This document shows positions 21,385-34,309 of a stretch of DNA of 64,000 bases, one piece after another. The notes under the pieces were generated by a model. The model had not been told where the DNA came from, made no database searches, and was given only the letters and a program-made list of their open reading frames with translations. Position numbers and translations under genes: made by a program. Source of the stretch: Antedon mediterranea (taxonomy: Eukaryota; Animalia; Echinodermata); the NCBI RefSeq assembly GCF_964355755.1, contig NC_092671.1:4092001-4156000 (forward strand), read 5' to 3'. Positions within the stretch are counted from its first letter, which is position 1. Every line of letters starts with the position of its first letter.

Positions 21385-24300
21385 AACCAATAATAAACAT
21401 GCGCAGAGTCGAATTATGGGTTCTTCCCATGTCAATTGTGCTATAGTAACCACTTTTGACATAACTGGTTACTATACCATAATAAACATCCGCTGAGTCG
21501 AATAATGGGTTCTGCGCATGTCAATTGTGCTATAGTAACCAGTTTTATCGAAAGGTCGAAAATTGGTCCTTTTTTGAAAAATCGCCAATTTACGACTTTT
21601 GTATTTGTTGACATAAATCGTTACTATAACATAATAAACATGCGCAGAGTCGAATAATGGGTTCTGCGCATGTCAATTGTGCTATAGTAACCACTTTTGA
21701 CATAAATGGTTACTATAGCATAATAAACTTGCGCAGAGTCAATAAATGCATTCTGCGCATTTCAATTGTGCTATAGTAACCACTTTTGACATAAATGGTT
21801 ACTATAGCATAATAAACATGCGCAGAGTCGAATAATGCGTTCTACGCATGTCAATTGTGCTATAGAACCACTCTTGACATAAATGGTTACTATAGCATAA
21901 TAAACAGGTGCAGAGTCGAATAATGGGTTCTGCGCACGTCAATTGTGCTATAGTAACCAGTTTTATCGAAAAATAAAAAGGTCGAAAATTGGTCCTTTTT
22001 TGAAAAAAATCTCTGTACTATAGTACAGGGAAATTTTCGAAAAATCGCCAATTTCCAACTTTTTTATTTTTTGACATAAATGGTTACTATAGCATAATAA
22101 ACATGCGCAGAGTCGAATAATGAATTCTGCGCATGTCAATTGTGCTATAGTAACCACTTTTGACATAAATGGTTACTATAGCATAATAAACATGCGCAGA
22201 GTCGAATAATGCGTTCTACGCATGTCAATTGTGCTATAGTAACCACTTTTGACATAAATGGTTACTATAGCATAATAAACATGCGCAGAGTCGAATAATG
22301 CGTTCTACGCATGTCAATTGTGCTATAGTAACCAGTTTTATCGATAAATAAAAAGGTCGAAAATTGGTCCTTTTTTGAAAAAACCTCTGTACTATAGTAC
22401 AGGAAAATTTTCGAAAAATCGCCAATTTTAGACTTTTTTATTTTTTGACATAAATGGTTACTATATCATAATAAACATGCGCAGAGTTGAATAATGGGTT
22501 CTGCGCATGTCAATTGTGCTATAGTAACCAGTTTTATCGAAAAATAAAAAGGTCGAAAATTGGTCCTTTTTTGAAAAAAATCTCTGTACTATAGTACAGA
22601 GAAATTTTCGAAAAATCGCCAATTTCCAACTTTTATATTTTTGGACATAAATGGTTACTATAGCATAATAAACATGCGCAGAGTCGAATAATGAATTCTG
22701 CGCATGTCAATTGTGCTATAGTAACCACTTTTGACATAAATGGTTACTATAGCATAATAAACATGCGCAGAGTCGAATAATGCGTTCTACGCATGTCAAT
22801 TGTGCTATAGTAACCACTCTTGACATAAATGGTTACTATAGCATAATAAACAGGTGCAGAGTCGTTAAATGGGTTCTGCGCATGTCAATTGTGCTATAGT
22901 AACCAGTTTTATCGAAAAATAAAAAGGTCGAAAATTTGTCCTTTTTTGAAAAAATCTCTGAACAGTACAGGGAAATTTTCGAAAAATCGCCAATTTTCGA
23001 CTTTTTTATTTTTTGACATAAATGGTTACTATAGCATAATAAACATGCGCAGAGTCGAATAATGGGTTCTGCGCATGTCAATTGTGCTATAGTAACCACT
23101 TTTGACATAAATGGTTACTATAGCATAATAAACATGCGCAGAGTCGAATAATGCGTTTTGCGCATGTCAATTGTGCTATAGTAACCATTTTTTACATAAA
23201 TGGTTACTATAGCATAATAAACATGCGCAGAGTCGAATAATGCGTTCTACGCATGTCAATTGTGCTATAGTAACCACTCTTGACATAAATGGTTACTATA
23301 GCATAATAAACATGCGCAGAGTCGAATAATGGGTTCTGCGCATGTCAATTGTGCTATAGTAACCAGTTTTATCGATAAATAAAAAGGTCGAAAATTGGTC
23401 CTTTTTTAAAAAAATCTCTGTAGGCCTACTATAGTACAGGGAAATTTTCGAAAAATCGCCAATTTTCGACTTTTTTATTTTTTGACATACATGGTTACTA
23501 TATCATAATAAACATGCGCAGAGTCGAATAATGGGTTCTGCGCATGTCAATTGTGCTATAGTAACCACTTTTGACATAAATGGCTACTATAGCATAATAA
23601 ACATGCGCAGAGTCGAATAATGCGTTTTGCGCATGTCAATTGTGCTATAGTAACCACTTTTGACATAAATGGTTACTATAGCATAATAAACATGCGCAGA
23701 GTCGAATAATGCGTTTTGCGCATGTCAATTGTGCTATAGTAACCACTTTTGACATAAATGGTTACTATAGCATAATAAACATGCGCAGAGTCGAATAATG
23801 GGTTCTGCGCATGCCAATTGTGCAATAGTAACCAGTTTTATCGAAAAATAAAAAGGTCGAAAATTTGTCCTTTTTTGAAAAAATCTCTGAACAGTACAGG
23901 GAAATTTTCGAAAAATCGCCAATTTTCGACTTTTTTATTTTTTGACATAAATGGTTACTATAGCATAATAAACATGCGCAGAGTCGAATAATGGGTTCTG
24001 CGCATGTCAATTGTGCTATAGTAACCACTTTTGACATAAATGGTTACTATAGCATAATAAACATGCGCAGAGTCGAATAATGCGTTTTGCGCATGTCAAT
24101 TGTGCTATAGTAACCATTTTTTACATAAATGGTTACTATAGCATAATAAACATGCGCAGAGTCGAATAATGCGTTCTACGCATGTCAATTGTGCTATAGT
24201 AACCACTCTTGACATAAATGGTTACTATAGCATAATAAACATGCGCAGAGTCGAATAATGGGTTCTGCGCATGTCAATTGTGCTATAGTAACCAGTTTTA

Positions 24301-24800
24301 TCGATAAATAAAAAGGTCGAAAATTGGTCCTTTTTTAAAAAAATCTCTGTAGGCCTACTATAGTACAGGGAAATTTTCGAAAAATCGCCAATTTTCGACT
24401 TTTTTATTTTTTGACATACATGGTTACTATATCATAATAAACATGCGCAGAGTCGAATAATGGGTTCTGCGCATGTCAATTGTGCTATAGTAACCACTTT
24501 TGACATAAATGGCTACTATAGCATAATAAACATGCGCAGAGTCGAATAATGCGTTTTGCGCATGTCAATTGTGCTATAGTAACCACTTTTGACATAAATG
24601 GTTACTATAGCATAATAAACATGCGCAGAGTCGAATAATGCGTTTTGCGCATGTCAATTGTGCTATAGTAACCACTTTTGACATAAATGGTTACTATAGC
24701 ATAATAAACATGCGCAGAGTCGAATAATGGGTTCTGCGCATGCCAATTGTGCAATAGTAACCAGTTTTATCGAAAAATAAAAAGGTCGAAAATTGGTCCC
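21385..24800. repeat. Satellite array: 89-bp double-hairpin monomer interrupted by ~120-bp palindromic inserts, with a 929-bp higher-order repeat
   Basis: Monomer period 89 (e.g. 22182 to 22271); identical ORF starts at 23108 and 24037, and stops at 23734 and 24663, differ by 929. Related degenerate direct repeats flank it at ~21150-21390 and ~24855-25110. Confidence 0.95.
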
Positions 24801-25920
24801 TGCAGGGATTTTATCGAAATTGGCTAAAATATCTACCTTTTTAAAATTCAATTATTATGCAATAATATAGTCATATATGCACATATATTGCATTATCATC
24901 ATATTATAGAGTCATAGTAACCAGTTATGTCAACAAATAAAAGGGTCGAAAATGTGGTCATTATTTGAAAATTTCCTTGCAGCCTACTATAGTTCAGGGA
25001 TTTTTTCAAAAATGGCCAACATGTCTACTTTTTAAAATTCAATTATTATGCAATAATATAGTCATATATTGCATTATCATCATCGTATAGAGTCATAGTA
25101 ACCAGTTATGGCAAAATATCAACTTTTTAAAATTCAATTATTAATAATTTTGCTATATATGCCAAAATATCTACATATTGAATTATGTATTAAGGTAACA
25201 TGCACAGAATAGATTATGTGATTCTGCAAATGTCAACTTTCCTGTACTATGTACTGTACATGGATTTGCTTCGAAAATTGATAAAAATATCGACTTACTG
25301 AATTATGTATTAAGGTACCATGCTCAGAACAGTCAATAGAAATAACATGCCCACAGTACAAGAACTGAGAAATAGCGGAGAGATGCTGGATAGACAAAGG
25401 TAGAGAAAGAGGCTAGGCGAACACCCATACCTGCAGGCTGAATTAAGAAGTAAACAGTTTTTTTCGAACAAATACCTGTAATACCTAGTAGACAAACATG
25501 TATTTGTTTACAATATTTCGATAAAGATGTCATAATCCTTGTTCACAATTCGTGGACTGATCAGAAATCTGGTTAAAACTGCTACTCTGCCCATTGTTCG
25601 ACACAATTAATCGTCACTGTCATTAGATACGCCGTATATGGAAGGGAAATTCTGATGGAGACGTGTCCTACCGAATACTATGCCCAATCTCTAACATTTT
25701 AGTACACAAATTAATCTCTGATGAACATGGAGAATAATGATAACAATAATAATAGTTTAATAATCTAAATCAATAGATAAATATACGTATATTTGGTTTT
25801 AATGTTTTTATTTCAAGCAATAAAATGTGATTTTCTCTTGATGAGAATAGGAAAGGATTGTCACCACCCTCTAGTGCTATTCATTTGATCTTTGTCAGAA
25901 TTTACATAATGATTTCGTCT

Positions 25921-28900
25921 TTATTTTGGTTTCTCCAAAAGACCCTCTTTTTCATTGAACTCCACTTCTTCAGTGGTTGACTTCTGATAACGTGTTGCAT
26001 CAATAGATCCGTATTTTACGTGAATGAATCTGTCAAAAATATCATATTATAATCAGTGCGTATCGTCAACATATATATTTCTAGAGATTTAATCCCTTAT
26101 CAAGAACTACCGTATAATTCGAACCATAAACATGAGGACAGGACGCTATTAAACCATGATTAAACATTAACACTAATCCAGCTATAGACCTAAGAATGAT
26201 ATCCTGTCTTCAATTCTATAGTTTAGAGTTTTAAAGAAACAATAGACCTCATAGGTCCAAATGACTACTGTACTCAATAAAAAAACCAATATTAGTCGTT
26301 TTTCTATTTAAATTATTATTTCAACTCTAGTTGTACACTATGTGAGTCAAGAACGCGAACAATCTTTCCAAATCAACTACATGTATTTAGAAACTTCAAT
26401 TGAATTTAAGTTTAAACATGTACTTACATTACAATAACAGTGGTAATCATTGAAAGCATGGCGAATAGGTACCAAATAAGATTCGGAGTTTATTTAACAG
26501 TAGCTGAATATACGAGGTTTGACCAGAAAGGCCCGATAATAAACCCAATGCCATCTGTTACTGCAGCTAAAGCAAACAACGCTCTTTTATAAAGAAATAA
26601 AAATAAATTAATATTTATATAAACAATGTACGTTTTAAAATTAAGGAGTTCAGTTGAAAAAGCAGATGTTTGCACTGCTATTAATACCTTGCCGTAAGAT
26701 TATGTGTTATAGTATGGGGAATTCCTAATCAGCGTACGCAAGAAAAAGTAGTAAGAACTAACCTCTCTCCTGTTTCTCCACTAGGTTTGATAGTTGTGCA
26801 TGAGAAACTGCCTTTGGTACATAAATTAAACATGCCAATGGTATCACTATACAAAAAAAAAAAACACCAAGATTCTGTGACAACTGTATATTTATATTTT
26901 TATCAAATGAATGTTTGTACCTATTCTGCAGTTGTCAATAGGTACATCTTAACTTACTATTGACAGTCATCTAGATACTGACTATTGACAGCACACACCA
27001 TATGTTTCACATCTAGGTCAATTGGGTAAGAAGTGCGTATAATCAAACATTTAATTTAAATTTTTTTTATCTTATGTGGGTTCATCCCACTTTTATTTCC
27101 ATACATAATATGTTCTAAACATTTTTATTTCAATACACTATACATATTATGGGCCTGGTTAGAGCTTGGATGGGAGACCATCTGGGAATATCGGGTGCTG
27201 TATATGGAGCTGGGGTCTCGTTAGGCATTTGAAATCAGCACTGCTGACTCTTATGGCAGCCCCTGCATTTAGTATCTGCATCAGACGTATTGGCTTATGC
27301 CTTTCCTCTGGTCAAGGTGGGCACTGGACCAATCAAGGTGCTTTAAACAGTCCTGGCTTTGTTTGTATCAAACCTGTGAGTGGCGGTAATTATCGCTGTT
27401 GGTTTCGATTGAATAAAATAAAATAAATAAAATATAATATTATTATTAACAATGTTTGTTTTCATCATCTGTTTACATACACCCTTTTTTAAAGAGTTTT
27501 GTTCATTTGTTTACATATTATCACATTGATTTTTGTTTTTATCTTTTCTCTTCATAGTTTCCTCTTTTTATACATATAAATTTGTTTTTTTTCCCTTTTA
27601 GACACAACTATCAACGGGGAAACTTATTGAGCTACACTGAAAACATTATAGTATCTATCTGGCTTTTAATGTTTACTTACATCAAGATTAAATCCTAAGA
27701 ACATACCTACATAAACAGTTTTAGCAGTTGCTGTTGCCAAAGCAAGAAAATTAGCAACAGTAGAAAGCAAACCAAGGTAGATTAAAGTGCTGTCCCCTAT
27801 CTTGAAAAACTTCTGCAGAGCTTTTGTAACAAATAGCATTCCTAGAAAACAACCAAATATGAATTACGCATCGCTCTGGATTTTGCTGAAACATCATTTT
27901 CAGCGACCTTATTTACGATTATATTAGCCTCTTATAATTAGTTGTACTTATCTTGCGCATCACGACCATATTGCAATGATTTGCTGTCGCACAATGAAAA
28001 CTAAAACGTGTAGCGGCTTAAGTATACATCAGCGTTATATAACATTTCTGTAAATTTGCAATATCAAATTGGTAAATTAGCTTAACAGGCTTATGACAAA
28101 ACGTTTACAAAACAATAATTTATAAGTTACCTATTGCATTTGACATGAAATAACAAAAAGTGAATATCCCATCTGTTGAAACTGACAAACGCAATGGCGG
28201 ACCAATGAGATATAGTTGAATGATATAGTAAAAAGGGTATAAAGTGGCCGAAAATCTAACTGACAACCAAAGCCACATTAGATTTCGGCGGTTATTTCTG
28301 TTACTGGTTGTTATATCGATCAAACCTTCTATCGCCTCTTTAAATGAAGATGTTTCCTTTATCTGTTTAGAATCAATACTGTCCTTCATCAAACACACAA
28401 TGTAGAAAATACAAAACACTAGCAGACCTGTCATGAACAAGAACGGTTGAAGGAATCCAGTTGTTTCTATCCAAATCGAAAACATTAACTGTCCTAAAGC
28501 AACTCCAAGAACGACAACTCCAAGAAGGATTGCCATGCGAATTGTCACATCTTCTGGTTTACAGGTGTCGCCAATATAAGCAGCGGCTCCTGATCGAAGT
28601 AAGATTGGAGTGCCAGTCAAACCAATCAATAAGTTTCAAATAAGAAGATATGGGGCAGACAGTTCGAATATGTATACACAGCAAAAACTAACGGATGCCC
28701 CTAAAAGTCCGACCGTCGGCACAATTAGACTGATTTTTCTGCCGACTCGATCACTTAATACTGATATGTATAACATAACGAACAGTGAAGGGACAGCCTG
28801 GCATAACATAAAAACAATAGTCCATTTGGCAGTCAGTTCTTGTTCTACTAGGTCTAGGTCCGAAGTGAAATTGTTAAGTGCAGAACTAGAACTTAGGTGC

Positions 28901-29029
28901 ACCGAAATTACATATTTTGTGAAGACCACTCCTTATAGATAGAAGTGACAACGCCAGATAGATTCAGATTCAGATCAGATTCAGATTCTGATAAGCAATA
29001 AAGACGGTTGGCTCAACTGGTGCCTCCAT
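25921..29029 (-). pseudogene. SLC46/PCFT-like MFS transporter pseudogene (paralog of 35639-40475)
   Basis: Exons 29029-28131, 27841-27707, 26846-26763, ~26584-26428, 26029-25921 match the intact paralog. Lesions: (TCTGAA)n insertion with stop near 28960-28990, 2-bp deletion near 28933, TGA at 28636-38, acceptor AG apparently mutated at ~26585, TAA at 26490-92. Confidence 0.88.
27151..27430 (+). mobile_element. 5'-truncated 5S-rRNA-derived SINE (SINE3-like) in pseudogene intron
   Basis: GGGCCTGGTTAGAGCTTGGATGGGAGACCATCTGGGAATATCGGGTGCTGTA matches the 3' half of animal 5S rRNA, then continues into ~210 bp of non-5S body and an AATAA-repeat tail instead of a T-run terminator. Confidence 0.75.
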
Positions 29030-31289
29030 TTAATATATATATAATATATGTCGACTGATCTTGTTACTAATATCCTTGAACAACTTGTACCACCAGTCTG
29101 TGATTGAACAAACAACTGTACTTCTAGCATAAACAAATCAAGTGTCCACATTTGCTATTTTTCAACTTGTACAGCAACACAATATACATTTTAGAGAAGA
29201 AAGTAGTATATTAATTTTTTCCTCTATGCATTGCCGATAAACTACAAAAGAATATAGGCCTATGTAAATATAAAATATGTATATAAAGAATATAGGCCTA
29301 AGTCAGCTGAAAAGTCTGTCTGCTCGGAAAATAGAACCATGAATAAACGATACATTCCTCACCATTATAAGCCATTGTCCTATTGTTCGATAGCCCTCAA
29401 AAGATAACTAATACGTAATTAATTAACAATAGGCCTACTGTAAGTTAAATAGGCCTACTTTGAATATAATCCGATTTTTCAAAGACATTATCATTTGTAA
29501 TATTTTTCTCAAAATATATAGTTACTAGTTTACAATAGAACATTATTATCAATTATCAATCTGGCTAGAAATATTAGTTTTAACAATAAATGTTACCATG
29601 ACAAACAAAAAGTAACTTTCCTGGGGTTACAGAAACCCATATTCAACACTATGAAGTTTTTTTTCGTATTATGAGCACCTCACAATTTGTTGTCACATAA
29701 AGTTTGATCGTGTAATCGAATTATTCATTTTCTTTTATTTCAGATAGTAAATCCATATGACAAAAATGATTGACGACCACAGGAATGTTTAATCAGGGAA
29801 TAGTTAAAATTACAATAATAATTTAATTCTCTTCCTTAGTTTAACAGCCAATTATTAGGAAAGAGAAGACATTTAGTGTTTCTATAGTTTAAAAAAACAA
29901 ACCACCCGGGACAATAACCTCATCTCAATGTCCTCATCATCCCCTATTTGCTATGAAGATGGATCGCAAGACGTCGGTCTGTGAAGATGCAACAGCTACA
30001 ATCATGTTTGTTTCTCTTCCTCTCTTATCTGTTCGTTATAACGGTTTTAACATTTTCGTGGAACAATTTTTGTTAACAATGCGCCCATCGCCTACAAGTG
30101 TTATTTACGGTAGGCCTATCTTATGTTAACCCAGTTATAGAATAACTGGAAAGCCATCTAGTTATTGGTAATTATTAATTAATACAAACGTTGAGAAGGA
30201 ACTGTCAGTATAAAGTTTATTTGTATATAATAATGTGTTTATATATCTAACAGTAGAGCCTAACCACAATCTCAGTAATAAAGTTTATTTGTATATATTT
30301 TTATATTACATCTAACAGTACGAACATTCACAGTAAGAAATGTTCGATTCAAATGAGGACCAAAAATATTTAATAGGTATTTACAGTATTGTCAAAGTAT
30401 TGCAAGTTTATTCTCAAAGGGCCCATATATTTACCTACCGTATGTGTTAAACCAAGGGCTCATAAATTTACCTACTTGTGTTAAACCAAACTCTGGCAGA
30501 CTGAGAGATTGGGATGTTCCATTCATCGCAAATCAATACATTTGTATAATCGTATATTAAATCTATCAAAATAGTATTTTTTAAAGAAAATCGGCCTGTC
30601 TTCAACATTATGATGCTGTACTCTAGCTGTCCAACCAGTTTTCAGCTATTAAAAACAATTATCGTAGGAGGAGATAGGAAAATGCGAAGCCTCCTCGCAT
30701 TTTTGTGGCGGGTATTTTTCAAGATGGACATCACCCCTATTTGGGGCAAATCGTTGAACCTAAATTCGTTTTAATCGTCAATAACTAATTATCTAACTTA
30801 ATTTAATTAGTAAACAGAGTTACATCAGGTGGTTAAAATCAGTACCGAAAGTACGAACCAACTTTATATACCATCGAGTAAAAATTCTAGAAGTAAGGCG
30901 CGATTTACCTAATTTTGCCCTTACGTAAATTTATATATAGAAGCTTGTGATGCGAGTTTGGTCTAAAGGTTATGTAACCAGCCTTTCAACTAACAATAGA
31001 ACAGGAACGCCAAAAACAAACGGGTGAATTTGAAAACATATAGGTTTTTTAAAACTAGTCGCATCAAAAACCTGTCAATCAAATTATGTTTTAAAATTAC
31101 AAATTTTGCAATTTCAGTTTACTTGTTACTTTAAGACTGCTCATCGGCTTTGAACATTCTGTCCTATCTTTTAACACTAAGGTCTGAAAATAATACTAAA
31201 AACTGGTCCAGAATTGGGACTTAATGGAGTGGTCATTGACCACATATCTATTTGTATTTTCATTTTGCAATAACTTTTTGAGTAATCTT

Positions 31290-31356
31290 GCTAACAAACA
31301 GACAAACAAACAAACACACCTGATCGATTACATATACACCTCCTTGGCGGAGGTAA
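31290..31356 (+). mobile_element. Helentron/HINE-like terminal remnant
   Basis: (ACAA)n/ACAG microsatellite followed by terminal hairpin ACCTCCTTGGCGGAGGT; similar hairpin AACTCCTTGGCAGAGTT at ~58894. Confidence 0.5.
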
Positions 31357-32659
31357 ATTAAAGACAAACAAGAGTTAGTGTTAAGTTATCTAATAGTATT
31401 TTTTAAGCAATGGATCTATCGATTGAAAGTAAAAAGTTATATATTTATAAAAAAAAAACCACTGATGTTTGTTCAAAGAGTTGTCATTATCTTCTGAAAC
31501 AATGTTTAATCAGAAACGAAAGTCTGTTTGTATGAGCAGAGAGCCGGAGCTTCCTTTACATTGTTTGCCCAAGTAGCCTACTTTGTCATACCAGCTTATA
31601 TGTATTTATCAGATAATACAGATAGTGGATATTTGTTTACACAAAGGAATCATACAAATTATAAAATCATTCTGCGATAACTTTTTTTTTACCTGTGGTT
31701 TAATCGATAATAATTTAGTTAAAAACTGTAAAATTCCATTGAATATTTAAGTTTATGTCTGCGTTAACATCATGAAAAAAAACTTAAAACGACTAAATTC
31801 CAATTCAATCGTTGAACGGGAATCACATCCACATGGATACATGGCTTTAGCCGGCAGTTGGAGTCACGTCGTCCTCATACTGTATGTGAACACAGCCCGA
31901 AATGAACACTCTAAATTATTCATCTTTCTTTACATAACATTCTTAAGGCTGAGTAATAATTAGGGAGGTTTCGCAATCTTACGAATACGATAACGAAAAC
32001 GGATACGTCACGCACACGTATTCGTTTTTCGTAAGCCAGTAACAATTTGTTTCGCATGGCAACGAAATATTGAGAGCGCCGTCCAAAATATGACTGCGGT
32101 AAATTTGAGCGAAGCGCAGGTACGTGTTGCTTGGTGTTTGGCTGCCTAGGCCTAGCGTAACATCAAAGTGAGTGAGGACTTTGTAAACAATCCATTGCCG
32201 CTTTCGGTCGTCAAATAATGGTTTTAAAAACAGATTTCGAAGAAAATCGTATTTTTTTTTTGTAATTTCCAGCAGAAACAGGGCCAATGTTTATGCATCT
32301 AACGTCCAAATAGTTGTCATTGCCGTTATCATGTACCGTATATAAAGCCATTGGAACGAAAAAAAAACAAACCAATGCAATGTAAATACACAGACTTTAT
32401 TAAACGTTTTCGGTAATCTAATTTTAAAGTACATATTGATGCAATTAGGCCTATACAATAATTATTCAATGTATTTCCTTTAAAATAATAAATTATATAA
32501 AATGTACATTATCAAAAGACCACAAGCTGATTTATTATTCTTAATACATGCTACATATTTTAGCCTAATTGTACAGTATTATATTATTTTAACTCAATTA
32601 TAGAATAACGAAGACAAAATATTAGGCGATAATAGTTATATACAATTAGTATTTGTTAA

Positions 32660-33192
32660 AGATGTATTGTCCCTTGAAACACAAAAAATGAAAAAAAAAA
32701 TATTCTAAATTTAAATTAGCCATATCAAAGTAATATTAAAGTTATTCGAAAATTCGAGCCAAAAACAACAAGTTTACGTAATTAACAGGTAAATTAATTA
32801 GATTACATTTCGTCTGGGAAATCGTCGCAAGCGAAAGTAAACAAAGATTTCAAACCATGAGTATGCATTATGCATGATGCTAATTAGGATTGTTTACAAC
32901 TCGTCACGGTTGAAAAGGTGTTTTTACACAGATCGCGAAGAAGTTTTATGATTATGCATACAGAGTAGCCAAACAAGCGCGTTGCATTATGAGATATGTT
33001 TTGATTGAAAACTTTGACTGGAAGTCAAAGTTATTTTTTGAACAAAAAAAACATCTGTATTTCGGTTAAATTTTTTTTTCCGACTAATTTTTGGTGAAAG
33101 TTAATAACTATTATGATACTTCAAAATAACCCCTTTTTTTTAAATTTAAAAAAAAAAATTTTTTTTTAATTAGTCAAAGGGACAATACATCT
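32660..33192. mobile_element. MITE with TTAA target duplication (Kolobok-like termini)
   Basis: TTAA|AGATGTATTGTCCCTT ... AAGGGACAATACATCT|TTAA: 16-bp perfect TIR with TTAA on both sides. Confidence 0.85.
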
Positions 33193-33433
33193 TTAAGCAT
33201 TGGATTAATCAGTTTAAGCAAAATTTTATATTTGTAAATAATTAGAATTTAGAATTTGTTTTTGTTGTAATGTCTTATGAAACTATTTTAATATGATTAG
33301 TATTCAATCGGTTTTGGTTACAGAAAGTCGGTTAGTTGTTGCTCTGTTCTACGTTGTCTATAATTTACTTATCGAGTTCAAATCGATTAAAGTTAAACTT
33401 CATATAAATTAATATGCATTCGAATAGTTTATT

Positions 33434-34230
33434 TTATGGCATCGTTATCATCATGAAAATTACGAAAAAGCTTAAAACGATTAAATTCCAATTAGGAAGA
33501 CGTGTAGCTGCAGAACAAGCATCACACTCACATGATGAAAACATGGCTTTACCAGTTTCTATTGCAGCCCGGGCCTCTTCTATTTCGTTTGGCGTTATCG
33601 CTTTTACATCACATATAAAATTGGCAGCATAATTGTTTCCTATCCACTGCTTGACACAAACATATAATATTGGCATTTCGTAGTAGTTCACTTTCCTGTT
33701 GCCGTCTTTTTTTGTAATAGAATTCGTTCTTATTTTGTTGGAGTAAGTTAAAAGTGTCTGAATTAAAGGCCAATCCAATATCTCTTTTGCCATTTTTCTC
33801 CATATTTTTCATACAATATCCAGATGCTACTATGCCGGTACTGGCTTCTGCACACTTACTATAAAGGTGTTTATAGGCACTAGAGTGATTGCTTCTACAG
33901 CCAAGTTCAAATACCTTATCATCTACCAGAACAAAATGAAATATGCCTGTTTGATCTCTTGTGAGTACTTCGCGATTGTCATCCTGGTAAATTGTAAATC
34001 CCATATAGACTTTATGTCTTTGGTGATGGAATCAACCATTTGACATCAATATCCTTGTTTTTGCCCGTCTCATCATCACTACTTAATATTTTCTTCTCTT
34101 TGCTGCTCCAATCTAACTCTCGTCTGTTCCTTACATCATGGTCAATGACCGGTTCTGGTCCAACATTTTTCTCTACATGCCCTTTAACACGCACTACACT
34201 AATGAGAACAATAAGGTAAAGCCAAGTCAT
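33434..34230 (-). pseudogene. Intronless orphan secreted/GPI-anchor-like protein gene (~264 aa) with two frameshifts (pseudogene or assembly error)
   Basis: Three consecutive ORFs join if one A is removed from each of two A-runs (~34020, ~33795). Signal peptide MTWLYLIVLISVVRVKG, RNRR furin-like site, C-terminal CSAA + spacer + hydrophobic tail. TATAAAA ~80 bp upstream. Confidence 0.6.
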
Positions 34231-34309
34231 GTTGACAGCAGTATGTTTTAATTATGTAGCTTTGTAACTTGCTGATATCTTTTGTGAAGAGCAAGTAAAG
34301 GTGTTTGCA

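Noticed and set aside
21385-24800. CRISPR array (palindromic repeats with spacers)
   Set aside because: Intervening segments are near-identical rather than unique spacers, context is eukaryotic, and no cas-like ORF is present.
21963-24851. Repeated short ORFs (MSKVVTIAQLTCAE...)
   Set aside because: By-products of the satellite periodicity; no splice structure or recognisable domain.
27151-27203. Functional 5S rRNA gene
   Set aside because: Only the 3' ~52 nt are present, with substitutions and no T-run terminator.
28636-28638. In-frame TGA as selenocysteine or readthrough
   Set aside because: Aligns to Gly in the paralog, and the same gene has a frameshift, an insertion, a TAA and a damaged acceptor.
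33780-34025. Programmed ribosomal frameshifting in the orphan gene
   Set aside because: No canonical slippery heptamer or stimulatory structure seen; homopolymer error or recent pseudogenisation is simpler.
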